A stretch of 61,851 bases of DNA, filler included. It is 4 parts of 4 records of this genome, joined end to end, with 100 filler letters (N's around TTAATTAATTAA, not from the genome) between each part and the next. Parts side by side here need not be neighbours in the genome. Positions count along the whole stretch, not along the records: positions 19,449 to 31,734 come from SRR22947725_843; 3 more parts are not named here. One strand, given 5' to 3'. Shown piece by piece: positions 19,449 through 31,717 of this stretch. The translations under genes and the position numbers were made by a program. Numbering within the stretch: position 1 is the stretch's first letter; each line of letters opens with the position of its first letter. The notes below the pieces were generated by a model. That model saw only the letters and a program-made list of their open reading frames with translations, was not told the origin of the DNA and did not search any database.

Positions 19449-22400
19449 GCCAGATTCATCACAAATGCCTGCTGCAGAGTTTTCAGAGCCATTAGGATTA
19501 TGTGGATATACTTTAGATGGATCTCCAGAATAGTCAACATACTCCATAGCAATACTAGTAATTTTAGTTTTAGAGTCAAATCTAGCTTTACCCTCTCCAT
19601 GTGCAATTGCTATAGGCATGATTGAGCCTTCCATTCCACTAAAGAATATAGATTTCGAATTACTAATTTTGACGCCTGTAAGGCGCGCCTCAAATTGTTC
19701 TGATGTGTTTTTCTCAAAGGAAGGCCAGCCAATTGAGCCTGGAATAATTGATTGAAGATTAGAAATCATTTGGCAGCCATTACACACCCCCAAAGTGAAA
19801 CTATCAGATCTTAAAAAATATTCAGAAAACTCATCTTTGGCCAGGCTGTTTAAAAGAATCGAATTTGCCCAGCCTCTTCCAGCACCTAAAACATCTCCAT
19901 AGGAAAATCCTCCACAAGCGGCCAACCCCTTATAGCTGGATAAGGATATTTTTCCAGAAAGAATCTGACTCATATGAACATCAGTTGCTTCAAAGCCAGC
20001 CTGAGTAAAAGCAGCTGCCATTTCAATATGTCCATTAATTCCTTGCTCTCTTAGGATTGCAATTTTTGGCTTTGTACCAAAATTTATATAAGGAGCAATA
20101 ATAGATTCATTGAGATCGAATGTTGGGTGAACTTTGAGACCACTCGAGTCCTTAAGGATTTCAATATTTTCAGATTCTACGCATTCTGGGTTGTCCCTTA
20201 ATTTTGCAATTTCGTATGAGGTTGAAGACCACTTTTTATAAAGATTTTTTCTCTTGTCTTGAAAAACGATATCATTTTCATGATAGATTACAATTTCATT
20301 ATTTAAATTAATTCTAGCAATTCTTTTGGTTGAGTTTTTGAGTCCAATATCTTTTAAAGAGTCAAGAACTCTATTAATGTTAGTTGTTGGAATCTGAATG
20401 ATACATCCCAGCTCCTCGTTAAATAGCTCAGGTAAGAGGTCTGAAGTATAAATTTCTAAACCACAATGAGACGCAAACGCCATCTCTAATAGAGAGATTA
20501 GGGCGCCACCATCAGATCGATCATGATAAGCAGTAATTAAATTCTCTTTGTTTAATGTGTTGATTAATGAAAAAAATTGAGAGAAAAGTTTCGGGTCATC
20601 AAGATCGGGTGCATCATTTCCAATTTGGTTAAATACTTGTGCTAAGCACGATCCCCCCATTCTATTTTTTCCTAATCCAAGATCAACTAAAAAAAGTTCT
20701 GACTCTATTTCATTAGCAAGTAAAGGTGTAATTTGCTGTCTAGTATCAGGTGTTTTTGAGAAGGCACTAATAATAAGCGAAAGAGGAGCTGTAACTGATT
20801 TGCTTTCCCCATTCTCATCCCAAGAGCTCTTCATGGACATGGAGTCTTTTCCAACAGGAATAGTTAATCCGAGCTCAGGACAAAGCTCCATCCCAATCGA
20901 TTTAACCGCCTCATAAAGTTTTGCATCTTCACCCGGATGCCCACTGGCGCACATCCAATTTGCAGATAAGTTAATGTGTTTAATATCCTCAATGTATGCA
21001 CTCATTAGATTAGTCAGCGCCTCTCCAACACTCATTCTTGCTGCTGCAGCTGCATTGATAAGAGATAGTGGCGTTTTCTCACCAATAGACATTGCCTCCC
21101 CTTGATAGCCCGTGAAATCTGAGAGTGATATCGCGCAATCTGCTACAGGTACTTGCCACGGTCCAATCATTTGATCTCTAGCAATAAGGCCGGTCACTGA
21201 TCGATCTGCAATTGTAATTAAAAATTTTTTACTCGCTATTGTAGGAAGTGCTAATAACCGATTAATGGCATCGCTTATAGAAATATTACTCGCATCAAAG
21301 GATTTTTCAGCATTAGGCAGGGTAGCAACTTCTTTATGAGTTTTAGGTGATGAGCCAAATAGTAATGACATCTCTAGATCGATAGGTTTATTATCAAAAT
21401 ATGAATCTTCAAGCGTTAAATGTCTGTCATTCGTTGCATTTCCAAGAACTGCGTAAGGTGCTCTCTCTTTAACGCAAATCTCATTAAACAGATCGATACT
21501 TTTTTCCTTAATTGCAATGACGTACCTTTCTTGAGACTCATTACACCATATTTCTAGAGGCGACATTTTTTTTTCGTCATTGGGTATTGACCTTAATTGG
21601 AGCTTTGCACCTTTTTTTGAGTCATTTACCAGTTCAGGTATTCCATTTGAAAGGCCGCCAGCTCCAATATCATGGATTGATACAATTGGATTTGCATCAC
21701 CCAAATTGGCACAAGCGCTAATCACTTCTTGAGCGCGTCTTTGCATTTCTGGGTTGGCTCTTTGAACAGAAGCAAAATCGAGATCTTCATTTTGATCACC
21801 ACTTCCTACACTCGAGGCTGCTCCCCCTCCAAGACCAATAAGCATCGCAGGTCCTCCAAGCACAATAATCTTATCTCCATTTGAGATTACCCCTTTATCA
21901 ACATGATTCTCCTTAATATTTCCGATACCACCGGCAAGCATGATTGGCTTATGGTAGCCTCTTACCTCTTCATTATAAGATCGCTGCTCATAGGTTCTAA
22001 AGTACCCACAAGTATTGGGCCTTCCAAATTCGTTGTTAAAAGATGCGGCGCCAATTGGTGCATCAATCATAATATCAAGAGCAGATGCTATTTGGTTTGG
22101 CTTTCCATAATCCTTTTCCCAGTCCTGAGTTGAATTAGGTATCTTTAAATTTGATACTGAGAAGCCGCATAGACCGGCTTTTGGTTTAGAGCCTTTACCG
22201 GTTGCGCCTTCGTCCCTAATTTCACCCCCAGAGCCGGTTGCTGCTCCAGGATCTGGAGCAATCGCAGTAGGGTGGTTGTGTGTTTCAACTTTCATAAGGA
22301 CTGCTTTTTCAGCATTTGATGTCTTATAGATACCTTCATCATCAGGCTCGAAGAAGTCTGATTTATAGCCACTCATAACTGCAGAGTTATCACTGTAGAC

Positions 22401-23156
22401 TGATAAAAGGCCATCAGGATTTTGATGATAAGTATTTTTGATCATACCAAAAAGTGAAATCCCCTGTTTTTCAGAGTCAATTGTCCAGTCAGCATTAAAG
22501 ATTTTATGTCTGCAGTGTTCAGAGTTTGCCTGAGCAAACATCATTAACTCGATATCTCTAGGGTTTCTTTGTAAGCCTTTAAAGCTATCAAATAGATAAT
22601 TAATTTCACTTTCACTTAATGCAAGTCCAAGTTCAGTATTAGCCTTAATAATTGCTAATTTACCATTTTTAAGAATATCTATACTTTTAAAGTTGCTGGG
22701 TTGAAGTTCATTAAACAATAATTTTGAATCCTCAATATTTTCAAGATAGGATTCAGTCATTTTGTCCATCACGAATTCAAGGATAGTTTTTAATTCTTTG
22801 TCATTAGTACTTCGGGTGAAATGATAAGTTATGCCTCTTTCTAGTCTTTTGATATCCAGTAATCCACAAAGTTTGCATATTTCAGATGCTTTAGAGGACC
22901 AAGGTGAAATAGTTCCTATTCTCGGTGTAATTGTAATTTGGAAGTTTGAGTTTAGTAGATTCGCTTTTGGAGCATAATTTAAGAGTTTATCAAGAGAAGA
23001 TCTGGTTGAAGTGTTGAGATCATTTTTTGATTCAATAAAGTGAATATATTCAGAAGAGATTAGCTCAATGTTAGGGATGAGGGCACTAATTTTTTTATTA
23101 AGTGCTTTTACTTTAAAATTTCTAAGTGCTTGAATTCCAGTATGAAAAGTGATCAT
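19449..23156 (-). CDS. purL: Phosphoribosylformylglycinamidine synthase (large fused form), C-terminus cut by the contig end
   Basis: [40 protein letters not shown], glutaminase GGFSYGD and GVCNGCQ. Confidence 0.98.
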
Positions 23157-23893
23157 AGTTCAGACAGTATTTCGTCTGAAATATCAGCATTATGATAGAC
23201 TTCTTGAGTGTCATCAAGATCTTCAAGTCTATCAATTAGATTCATAAATTTATCTGCATCCTCAAGATTGAGTTCGATTCGGTTAGCTGGCTCCATAGTG
23301 ATCTGTGAATGATCAGGTATAAGGTTTTTAGCAATTAATGCATCTTTAACTGGAAAAAAATTCTCTGGAGTCGTCACAACATCAATTGACCCATCCTCAT
23401 TAGAGATAATATCTTCTGCTCCTAATTCTATTGCAATTTCCATAATAGTGTCCTCATCCCCAGAACCAAAGCTTATAAAACCTTGTTTGGAAAACATGTA
23501 GGATACTGAGCCGTCTGTTCCAAGGTTTCCACCATGTTTACTGAATGCATGTCTAACATCAGAAACGGTACGGTTTTTGTTATCAGTTAGACAATCTACC
23601 ATAATGGCAGTGCCACCAAGGCCATAGCCTTCATAGCGAATTTCTTCATAGTTTTCACCATCTAAATCACCTGAGCCTCGCTTTACAGCATTTTCAATGG
23701 TATCTCTTTTCATATTTGCTGCAAGAGCTTTGTCTATTACAGCACGAAGAGAGGGATTATTTTCCAGGACACCGCCACCCATTTTTGCCGCTACAACAAT
23801 TTCTTTAATGAGTTTGGTGAAAATTTTTCCACGCTTGGCATCTTGTGCACCTTTTCTGTGTTGAATATTGTGCCATTTGCTGTGTCCTGCCAT
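23153..23893 (-). CDS. yebC: YebC/PmpR family protein
   Basis: Canonical N-terminus [15 protein letters not shown] begins at ATG 23893 (the track over-extends it); YEGYG, TDNKNRT. Confidence 0.96.
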   Translation of the reverse strand: MAGHSKWHNIQHRKGAQDAKRGKIFTKLIKEIVVAAKMGGGVLENNPSLRAVIDKALAANMKRDTIENAVKRGSGDLDGENYEEIRYEGYGLGGTAIMVDCLTDNKNRTVSDVRHAFSKHGGNLGTDGSVSYMFSKQGFISFGSGDEDTIMEIAIELGAEDIISNEDGSIDVVTTPENFFPVKDALIAKNLIPDHSQITMEPANRIELNLEDADKFMNLIDRLEDLDDTQEVYHNADISDEILSEL

Positions 23894-23915
23894 TTTCTTA
23901 AAGTTTCTCCTATAG

Positions 23916-24884
23916 TTACTTAGTGAAGTCCAGAAGGCGCTGAATTGAATTTTTTGCTTTATCAATAATTTGATTATTGATGAGGATTTCATTATTACCA
24001 GTATTTAAAGTATCTAAGCATTTTTCAAGGTTATTCATTGCCATCCAGCCACAGTGAGCACATGATTCGCAATCAGCTCCCTCTCCCATAGTTGGGGCTT
24101 CAATAAATTTTTTGTGAGGTGCTACCTCTTTCATTTTATGGAAAATTCCGTTATCAGTTGCAACTATAAAGGTGTTTTCAGACCTTGATGCAGCTGCATT
24201 GATAAGCTGAGTTGTCGATCCAACAATATCAGCAAGTGCGATCACCTCTCTGGGTGATTCAGGATGGACCAATACACCAGCCTCTGGATGTATCTCCATA
24301 AGCCTTTTGAGTCCTTCTGCTTTAAATTCTTCATGAACAATACAAGCTCCATCCCACATGAGCATCTCCACACCTGTCATCGATTGCACATAGTGACCTA
24401 GGTGTTTATCTGGGGCCCAGAGAACTTTTTTCCCTTCATCGTGTAACTTTTGAACCACTTTAAGTGCGCTACCAGAAGTTACAACCCAGTCCGCTCTGGC
24501 TTTTACTTCTGCAGAAGTGTTTGCGTAGACAACAACAACATGATCAGAGTTTTGATCACAAAATTTTGAAAATTCGTCAATTGGACATGATAAATCTAGT
24601 GAGCAGTTTGCCTCAGTATCTAAAACGAGAACACGCTTTTCAGGAGATAAAATTTTGGCAGTTTCGCCCATAAATTTAACTCCTGCAACAATAATAGTTC
24701 CAGCATCACTACTCTGACCAAATCTTGCCATTTCAAGAGAGTCCGAGACAATACCTCCTGTTTCTTCAGCCAAGGTCTGAAGATCAGAGCTTACGTAGTA
24801 ATGAGCAACCAAAGTTGCGTTATTTTGCTTAAGAGCATCTTTAATTGAATTTTCAATCGATTGTTCTATTTCAATGTTTTGCAT
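23916..24884 (-). CDS. nadA: Quinolinate synthase
   Basis: [42 protein letters not shown]. Confidence 0.96.
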   Translation of the reverse strand: MQNIEIEQSIENSIKDALKQNNATLVAHYYVSSDLQTLAEETGGIVSDSLEMARFGQSSDAGTIIVAGVKFMGETAKILSPEKRVLVLDTEANCSLDLSCPIDEFSKFCDQNSDHVVVVYANTSAEVKARADWVVTSGSALKVVQKLHDEGKKVLWAPDKHLGHYVQSMTGVEMLMWDGACIVHEEFKAEGLKRLMEIHPEAGVLVHPESPREVIALADIVGSTTQLINAAASRSENTFIVATDNGIFHKMKEVAPHKKFIEAPTMGEGADCESCAHCGWMAMNNLEKCLDTLNTGNNEILINNQIIDKAKNSIQRLLDFTK

Positions 24885-24886
24885 TA

Positions 24887-26641
24887 TTAAGCTTTAGTCG
24901 GAAGAGTCACCTTAATGTTTAAATCTTTAAGCTGCGCTTTAGAAACGCTTGAAGGCGCATCAGTTAATAAACATGCCGCAGTTTGCGTTTTAGGGAATGC
25001 AATAACATCTCTAATTGATTCAGTTTGACTTAAAGTCATAACGAGTCTATCTAAGCCAAAAGCTATCCCACCATGGGGCGGGCAACCATAGTCAAGCGCA
25101 TCAAGTAAAAAACCAAATTTTTCTTTTGCTTCTTCGTCATCAATACCAAGAAGTGTTAGTACAGTTTTCTGCATGTCACTCTGGTGAATACGAATTGATC
25201 CACCTCCAACTTCAGAGCCATTGATTACTAAATCATAAGCTCTTGAGAGAGAATCCTCAGGGTTATCTATCAGTGTTTTTGAGTCTACACTTGGCGCGGT
25301 AAATGGATGATGAATGGCATTAAGGGAGCCATCATCTGAAACTTCAAACATAGGGAAGTCGAGAACCCAAATAGGAGCCCATTCTTTATTGTAGAGATCT
25401 AAATCATGAGCAAGTTTTTCCCTTAAATTACCAAGAGCTTCATTGACCACTTTAGATTTATCAGCCCCAAAAAAGATAATATCTCCAGTTTTTGCTTCTG
25501 TTAGGTCAATTACTTTCTGAGTGACTTTGTCACCTAGAAATTTAATAATGGGAGATGAGGGTCCATCTTCATTAAGTTTAATATAGGCTAAACCCTTAGC
25601 ACCATAGATGCTTACATACTTTGTATAGTCATCAATTTGCTTGCGGCTGATTGACGCTCCACCTTCAACTTTGAGCGCAGCAACTCTTCCATTTTTATTG
25701 TTTGCAGGCCCTGAAAAAACTTTGAATTCTACATCTTTCATGATGTCATTCACATCAACCATGTGTAATGGAATTCTCATATCGGGCCTATCAACACCAT
25801 AAAGATTAATGGCTTCTTTATAGGTAATCGTTGGAAATTTAGAGGGTAAATCAATACTGCCAACTTCTTTAAAAAGTCCTCTTATCATCTCTTCCATAAG
25901 AGATGTAATTTCATTTTCATTCATAAAAGATGTTTCGACATCAAGCTGAGTGAATTCGGGTTGACGATCTGCCCTTAAGTCTTCATCCCTGAAACATTTA
26001 ACAATTTGATAGTATCTCTCAAATCCAGACATCATTAGGAGCTGTTTGAAAAGTTGTGGTGATTGGGGTAGTGCAAAGAAGTTGCCCTCATGCGTTCTTG
26101 AAGGAACGAGATAGTCTCTTGCGCCTTCAGGTGTTGCCTTAGTTAAAAAAGGCGTCTCAATATCTAGAAAGTCATTGCTATCCATAAAATCACGCATAAA
26201 GTGCGTTACCTTTGATCTGAGACGTAAACGCTTTTGCATTTCATCTCTTCGCAGGTCTAAATAACGATATTTAAGTCTAACTTCCTCAGAAGTCTCCATC
26301 GAATCGAGTTGAAATGGGATTGGCTTTGACGAATTTAATATTTCAATGTTTGAAGCAAGAACTTCTATTTCACCAGTTGGAATTTTACTGTTAACCATCT
26401 CACTCGCCCTAGCAACAACTTGGCCAGTTATCTGAAGGACAAACTCATTCCTAATCGTTTCGGCTAATTTAAAAGTCTCAGCAGTATCTGGATTGATAAC
26501 AATTTGAGCGATTCCTTTTTTATCTCTAACATCAAGAAATATTACACCTCCATGGTCTCGTCTTCTATTTACCCAGCCACAAAGCTTTACTTGATTGTCT
26601 AGGGCTGACTTATTTAGTTCACCACAAAAATGTGTCCTCAT
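24887..26641 (-). CDS. aspS: Aspartate--tRNA ligase
   Basis: [61 protein letters not shown]. Confidence 0.98.
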   Translation of the reverse strand: MRTHFCGELNKSALDNQVKLCGWVNRRRDHGGVIFLDVRDKKGIAQIVINPDTAETFKLAETIRNEFVLQITGQVVARASEMVNSKIPTGEIEVLASNIEILNSSKPIPFQLDSMETSEEVRLKYRYLDLRRDEMQKRLRLRSKVTHFMRDFMDSNDFLDIETPFLTKATPEGARDYLVPSRTHEGNFFALPQSPQLFKQLLMMSGFERYYQIVKCFRDEDLRADRQPEFTQLDVETSFMNENEITSLMEEMIRGLFKEVGSIDLPSKFPTITYKEAINLYGVDRPDMRIPLHMVDVNDIMKDVEFKVFSGPANNKNGRVAALKVEGGASISRKQIDDYTKYVSIYGAKGLAYIKLNEDGPSSPIIKFLGDKVTQKVIDLTEAKTGDIIFFGADKSKVVNEALGNLREKLAHDLDLYNKEWAPIWVLDFPMFEVSDDGSLNAIHHPFTAPSVDSKTLIDNPEDSLSRAYDLVINGSEVGGGSIRIHQSDMQKTVLTLLGIDDEEAKEKFGFLLDALDYGCPPHGGIAFGLDRLVMTLSQTESIRDVIAFPKTQTAACLLTDAPSSVSKAQLKDLNIKVTLPTKA

Positions 26642-27255
26642 TTTTTTTCCTTAATCTTTAAATTTTCAGGTGTCACAACACCTGCTGATATAACTAGTTT
26701 AAACGCCTCTTCCACACTCATTTGTAACTCGAATGCATCTTTTTTTGGAATCATCACAAAAAAGCCTGAAGTCGGGTTAGGTGTTGTCGGAACAAACAAA
26801 TTAATAACATCTTTCCCAATAATGCTTTCTACCTCACCTTTATAGTCACCCGATTGAAAAGCAATAACCCAGATTCCCTTACTTGGATATTGAATTAAAA
26901 ATGCTTTTCTAAAGCTTTCACTTGATGTGTTTAAAACAGTTGAAGAGATTTTTTTTAGTGCGTTATATATATTTCTAAAACCAGGTATTTTGTTTAACGC
27001 ACGCTCCCATAAGTCAAGTAATTTACGACCTAAGATATTTGTAACAAGGGCTCCTGTAATCAGGATAACAAGAATCACTAAAACAATTCCAGATCCTGGA
27101 ATAGTGGTATCTAGATTAAGTAGAGATTCTGGGAGAAGTCTAGTTGGAACAAGGTTATTTACAATTTCCAAAAAGAATTTGATAAGGAGTACACTTAGAG
27201 CAAGTGGAATCCAAAATAAAAGCCCGGATATAAAGTAATTTCTTAAGCGCTTCAC
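26638..27255 (-). CDS. DUF502 family membrane protein
   Basis: Two N-terminal TM segments, [16 protein letters not shown]; usual position upstream of aspS. Confidence 0.9.
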   Translation of the reverse strand: MKRLRNYFISGLLFWIPLALSVLLIKFFLEIVNNLVPTRLLPESLLNLDTTIPGSGIVLVILVILITGALVTNILGRKLLDLWERALNKIPGFRNIYNALKKISSTVLNTSSESFRKAFLIQYPSKGIWVIAFQSGDYKGEVESIIGKDVINLFVPTTPNPTSGFFVMIPKKDAFELQMSVEEAFKLVISAGVVTPENLKIKEKK

Positions 27256-27339
27256 TGAACTTGAAGATTAATCCAAAAAAGAGTTATTTTAACACAAGCT
27301 GTATTGTCAATATGAGACTCGAGAGCTTAATATAAGAGG

Positions 27340-28119
27340 TTATTGATTAAGCTCCTCATCCCTAAGTGTTAAGATCTCATACCCATTTTCAGTCACTAAA
27401 ATTGTATGCTCCGTCTGAGCTGAAAGCGATCTGTCTTTTGTTGTAACTGTCCAGCCGTCAATTCTTGAAGTAATAACTTCATAACCACCTAAATTAACCA
27501 TTGGCTCGATAGTAAAAGTCATACCAGGTTCAAGAATAGGGCTTTGTAATATTTTTCCATCATCGTAATGAATCACTTGAGGAAGTTCATGGAAAACCTC
27601 ACCGATACCATGACCACAATAATCCCTAACTACCGAGCAGTTTTTACTGTGAACATAAGTACCAATAACTTTACCAATTTCTCCTAAGTGAATTCCAGGC
27701 TTTACTTTTTCAATGCCTAGCATCATTGAGTCTCTAGCAACGTTACATATTTTTAATGCTTTGATAGTAGGCTTACCAACGATAAACATTTTCGAAGTGT
27801 CACCGTGGAAGCCTTCTTTTATAACAGTAATATCAATGTTAATAATATCACCTTTTTTGAGTTTTTTTTCACTCGGGATTCCGTGACAAACTACATTATT
27901 AACAGAGGTACATATCGATTTTGGGAAGCCATTATAGTTAAGAGGAGCAGGAACTGAATTTAAGTCATTTACAATAAAATCATGACAAATTTGATTCAGT
28001 TTTTCTGTAGTAACACCGGTTCTGACATGTGAACCAATCATTTCAAGTACACTCGACGCTAGCTTTCCAGCTACACGCATCTTTTCGATTTGATCTGATG
28101 ATTTAATTGAGATAGACAT
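27340..28119 (-). CDS. map: Type I methionine aminopeptidase
   Basis: CTSVNNVVCHGIP, DITV...GDTS, GHGIG..FHE, TIEPM, SAQTEHT. Confidence 0.97.
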   Translation of the reverse strand: MSISIKSSDQIEKMRVAGKLASSVLEMIGSHVRTGVTTEKLNQICHDFIVNDLNSVPAPLNYNGFPKSICTSVNNVVCHGIPSEKKLKKGDIINIDITVIKEGFHGDTSKMFIVGKPTIKALKICNVARDSMMLGIEKVKPGIHLGEIGKVIGTYVHSKNCSVVRDYCGHGIGEVFHELPQVIHYDDGKILQSPILEPGMTFTIEPMVNLGGYEVITSRIDGWTVTTKDRSLSAQTEHTILVTENGYEILTLRDEELNQ

Positions 28120-28122
28120 TTT

Positions 28123-29016
28123 TTATTTAGAATTTTGCGCTCTTTTTTCTAGAGCTTTAATTCTATCTTCAAGTGGTGGGTGCGATGACCATAGCTGAGA
28201 ACGATTAGATTTTGGCTTTTCTCCAATTCCAAATGCTGCTAATTGTTCTGGTAAAGGCTCTGGTTCTCTCTGTCCAAGTCGTTTTAATGCATTAATCATG
28301 TTTTGATGACCTGCTAAATCTGCGCCACCAGTATCAGCGACATACTCTCTTTTACGGGAAAAATACATAACAATAATGCTAGCCAGAATTGAAAGTACTA
28401 TTTGTGCAAAAATAGTGGTAACAAAGTATCCAATACCGTAGCCGCGTTGGTTTTTAAGTATTACTCGATCAACAACATGACCAATAACTCTTGAGAAGAA
28501 TATCACAAAGGTGTTAACAACTCCCTGAATAAGAGTCAGTGTGACCATATCTCCGTTGGCAACATGACTCATTTCATGACCAACTACTGCTTCAATTTCA
28601 CCTTGGGTCATATTGTCAATAAGTCCTTGAGAAACTGCCACTAAGGCTTTATTTTTACTAGCTCCAGTAGCAAATGCATTCATTTGACTTGAAGGGAAAA
28701 TAGCCACTTCAGGCATCTTTATACCAACAATTTTAGATTGTTTTTTTACCGTTTCAATAAGCCACTTTTCAATATTATTTTTCGGTGAAGAAATGACAGT
28801 AGCACCCGTCATTCTTTTAGCCATCCATTTTGAAATAGCTAGTGAGATAAATGCACCACCAAAACCAAAAACTCCTGAAAAAATAACAAGTGCATTAATA
28901 TTTAAATCACTCCCATTCTGCATGAGAAGGCTTTCTACTCCAAGAATTCTAAGTGTAATACTTAAAATTAACATGATTGCAATATTGGTTAGTAAAAAGA
29001 GGAATATTCTTTGCAT
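28123..29016 (-). CDS. htpX: Membrane zinc metalloprotease HtpX
   Basis: NAFATG, HEMSH, NGDMVT, FSRKREY.AD, SHPPL..RI. Confidence 0.96.
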   Translation of the reverse strand: MQRIFLFLLTNIAIMLILSITLRILGVESLLMQNGSDLNINALVIFSGVFGFGGAFISLAISKWMAKRMTGATVISSPKNNIEKWLIETVKKQSKIVGIKMPEVAIFPSSQMNAFATGASKNKALVAVSQGLIDNMTQGEIEAVVGHEMSHVANGDMVTLTLIQGVVNTFVIFFSRVIGHVVDRVILKNQRGYGIGYFVTTIFAQIVLSILASIIVMYFSRKREYVADTGGADLAGHQNMINALKRLGQREPEPLPEQLAAFGIGEKPKSNRSQLWSSHPPLEDRIKALEKRAQNSK

Positions 29017-29137
29017 ATTTATTTCCTTTTATTTATTCAAATATCTTTGTATATATTATATAAATTACAGGCCAAATTTATGAAGTATTAATGAATTTTT
29101 GAATTAAAGAAGATGTAATTTTTTTTAGGTTGCTTAA

Positions 29138-29641
29138 TTATCTGCCAGGCCACATCATTCGTGATTCTGTCATCGTACAGGTATTTTCATTTATAGATGA
29201 TAGAATTGTTTGGAAAGAATTATCTTGAGGTGTTAGGATAATAAATTTACCATCTGCATAGCTGGATAGTTGAAGATTTTCAGTTTCAGATTTAATTTTA
29301 GCAATCTCAGTGCAGGATTGATTATTAATTAAAGTTACCATAACTGTTGATAGGTAGCAATAATCATCATCAGGCATCAATGTTGCAGAAAAAGATGAAG
29401 ATCCATTATTGTATCTTTGAGATGAAATATGTAGAGAAGGGAGTAACGAAGTATTCTCAGGATGCGCAAATGTTATGTTAAGTCCGTTCAAATTAAAAGA
29501 TTTTTCAATCTGACTCAGATAGGATTGACAAACTTCATTGATGCCTCTATTTTTTGCATCATCTGATAAGGTAGATCCAATTGCACCAAGACTAAAAAGA
29601 AGTATTAGTAATGTGAAAGTTTTTAGAAAATATAAACGCAT
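29138..29641 (-). CDS. Hypothetical exported protein (signal peptide, four Cys)
   Basis: 167-aa ORF with a basic then hydrophobic N-terminus; no family recognised. Confidence 0.7.
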   Translation of the reverse strand: MRLYFLKTFTLLILLFSLGAIGSTLSDDAKNRGINEVCQSYLSQIEKSFNLNGLNITFAHPENTSLLPSLHISSQRYNNGSSSFSATLMPDDDYCYLSTVMVTLINNQSCTEIAKIKSETENLQLSSYADGKFIILTPQDNSFQTILSSINENTCTMTESRMMWPGR

Positions 29642-29734
29642 ATAATAATATTAATTTAGAATTAAGGTTTCAATATACACCATGTTAATAAAAAAAAACC
29701 GTGATTACTGAATCGAACTAAATCTTAAATTTGA

Positions 29735-29764
29735 TTGTAATACTAATTTAAAGTACTTTATAAT
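29735..29764 (+). promoter_or_regulatory. Sigma70-type promoter for the small lipoprotein gene
   Basis: TTGTAA (29735-29740), 18-nt spacer, TATAAT (29759-29764); SD AAGGAG at 29783-29788. Confidence 0.55.
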
Positions 29765-29796
29765 TAAATTTCAAATTAATCGAAGGAGTTTTAAAA

Positions 29797-29943
29797 ATGA
29801 AGTTAAGATTTTTATTTATTGCTATTTTGGCAATGCTACTAAGTGGTTGTATGGATACTGTTATGGCTGTACCTGCTGCTGCAGTTAATGGAGTTGGTAA
29901 CGTGGTAGGCGGTATTTGGGGGGCAGTAACAAGTATTTTTTAA
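29797..29943 (+). CDS. Small 48-aa lipoprotein, not in the ORF track: MKLRFLFIAILAMLLSGCMDTVMAVPAAAVNGVGNVVGGIWGAVTSIF
   Basis: Strong SD, ATG, signal peptide II with lipobox LSG-C18, TAA at 29941, own promoter and terminator. Confidence 0.85.
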   Translation: MKLRFLFIAILAMLLSGCMDTVMAVPAAAVNGVGNVVGGIWGAVTSIF

Positions 29944-29964
29944 TTCTCTCTAGTCAAACTTATT

Positions 29965-29995
29965 AATCCCATAATTTTTTTATGGGATTTTTTTT
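29965..29995 (+). terminator. Rho-independent terminator
   Basis: Stem AATCCCATAA / TTATGGGATT, 5-nt loop, then a T-run; lies between convergent genes. Confidence 0.85.
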
Positions 29996-30015
29996 GCTTA
30001 AAAAATGTTGATGAA

Positions 30016-30447
30016 TTAATTTGTAGTGAAATCAGGTTGGCCGATGCTTTTATTTTGTGCCAGCTTAATGGCTTCTGTTAAATTTGAAGCCTGAACAGAA
30101 TATGAAACCTTATAGCCTTTTGCCTTTAGATTTAAGACAGTCCATTCATTGCCCTTGAAGGCTGGTAAAGTCAGAATAACTATTTCAACTATAAAAATTA
30201 TAATCTGAAAGCCATCTGCAGTTGAAAAATTAAAGAATCCTAGGTACCCATAAAGCTCATAGTCAATACTAGCCAAGATTAGAATTGTTAGAATATAGGC
30301 TATAAATATTCTCCACAACCCCCGAAATAAGAACCATGCTGGAAAAACAGGCAAAAATGTAACAAAGGGTATAGCTAACCATGCAAAACCAGACTTAACT
30401 GCTTTTAATTCTTTTGTAGGATGTTGAAGTACTTTGTATGTTTTCAT
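30016..30447 (-). CDS. DUF2628-like membrane protein
   Basis: AVKSGFAWLA...W.LFRGLW, TM segments, GNEW...L..KGY pattern. Confidence 0.7.
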   Translation of the reverse strand: MKTYKVLQHPTKELKAVKSGFAWLAIPFVTFLPVFPAWFLFRGLWRIFIAYILTILILASIDYELYGYLGFFNFSTADGFQIIIFIVEIVILTLPAFKGNEWTVLNLKAKGYKVSYSVQASNLTEAIKLAQNKSIGQPDFTTN

Positions 30448-30594
30448 TAAAAATATGAATTATTTTTACAAATTAGTATACCCATAACATTTTAATTAAT
30501 GAATTCATTGAAATAGATTATTTACTAAAAGATATTTCAATTAAGAGTTTTGTTATCTATACTTTAATTTAAACTTTCTTGAAATAATCTTTGT

Positions 30595-31686
30595 ATGAAT
30601 TATCAGCAATTTACTGATCAAGGCACTTCCCTCATAAAAATAAATAAGTTAGAGGAGGCGAAATTCTTCTTTGAAAAAGCGCTTGAGTTAAGACCAGATT
30701 TTGCGGATGCGCTAACTAATCTTGCTGTCGTAGAGCATGAACTTGGTAATCTTAATCATGCAGTAAGGCTATATAAAGAAGCTGTAGCTGTTAGTCCCAA
30801 AATTGCTTTAAAAAGTGAAAATAAAATTCTTAGTGTTATTTATTATTTCTCTCAGAATAATATTCAAGAGGCATTAGAAACACTAAACATGCTTGTTGAA
30901 AAAAATCCTACAGACGCTCTTCTTTTTAACATGCTTGGCGGATGTCTTGCAAGCATAGGGCAGACAGAGATGGCTATTGCAAATTATCAAAAGGCGCTTG
31001 AATTTGAGCCAGAATATGCTATTCCAAAGCATATGCTTAATTCTTTAACTGGACACACAAGTAAAGAGCCACCAAAACAGTATGTCAAAAATTTATTTGA
31101 TGATTACGCTTATAGATTTAATGATGCTCTGGTTAATAATCTTCAATATAGTCTCCCTTTTGTTATAAAGGAGTTAATACTTCAAAGTAATAGTGAGAAA
31201 TCTGAATATCAAAATGTAATAGATTTAGGTTGTGGAACAGGTTTAGCTGGAAAAGATTTAAGGGATATAAGCACTAATCTTTTTGGAGTTGATATTTCAG
31301 AAAATATGCTCTTTGAAGCTGAAAAGTTAAATATTTATGATACTCTCATTGTTGGGGATATAGTTGAGAAGCTAAATGCATCTCAAGATAAATTTGATCT
31401 ATTAGTAGCTCTTGATGTGCTAATTTATATTGGAGATGTAAAGTCCACTTTTCAAGCAGTCCGAAAATGCTGTAAGTTAGATTCCCTTTTTGTTTTTTCT
31501 GTTGAGATTCAAGATGAGAATGGATATTCTCTATTAAAAAGTTCCCGTTATGCTCACTCAGATGAGTATATTATGAAACAATCTAATGGACTTTTTGACT
31601 TGGTTAATTCTCAAAATGTAAGACTAAGAAAAGAAGGTGAGAATTGGATTGAAGGAAAAGTGTATGTATTTTGTCCAATTATTTAG
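30595..31686 (+). CDS. TPR-repeat protein with C-terminal class I SAM-dependent methyltransferase (COG4976-like)
   Basis: N-terminal TPR-like helices, YVKNLFDDYA..F, IDLGCGTGL, GVDISENM, DVLIYIGD, RYAHS. Confidence 0.88.
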   Translation: MNYQQFTDQGTSLIKINKLEEAKFFFEKALELRPDFADALTNLAVVEHELGNLNHAVRLYKEAVAVSPKIALKSENKILSVIYYFSQNNIQEALETLNMLVEKNPTDALLFNMLGGCLASIGQTEMAIANYQKALEFEPEYAIPKHMLNSLTGHTSKEPPKQYVKNLFDDYAYRFNDALVNNLQYSLPFVIKELILQSNSEKSEYQNVIDLGCGTGLAGKDLRDISTNLFGVDISENMLFEAEKLNIYDTLIVGDIVEKLNASQDKFDLLVALDVLIYIGDVKSTFQAVRKCCKLDSLFVFSVEIQDENGYSLLKSSRYAHSDEYIMKQSNGLFDLVNSQNVRLRKEGENWIEGKVYVFCPII

Positions 31687-31691
31687 TTGTG

Positions 31692-31712
31692 TATTAGGCT
31701 GAAACCCTAATA
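31692..31712. terminator. Hairpin between the methyltransferase stop and the tRNA 3' end
   Basis: TATTAGG-CTGAAAC-CCTAATA, 7-bp stem, no clear U-tract. Confidence 0.35.
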
Positions 31713-31717
31713 GGAAG

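Noticed and set aside
19397-19606. Track ORFs running into spacers (19397-19606, 54571-54825) and the X-tails of ppc, purL and the RND permease
   Set aside because: Their ends are created by the spacer. 54571-54825 also overlaps rpsA and the tRNA.
23894-23992. 33-aa N-terminal extension of YebC overlapping nadA
   Set aside because: The conserved N-terminus MAGHSKW starts at 23893; the extension is a longest-ORF artefact.
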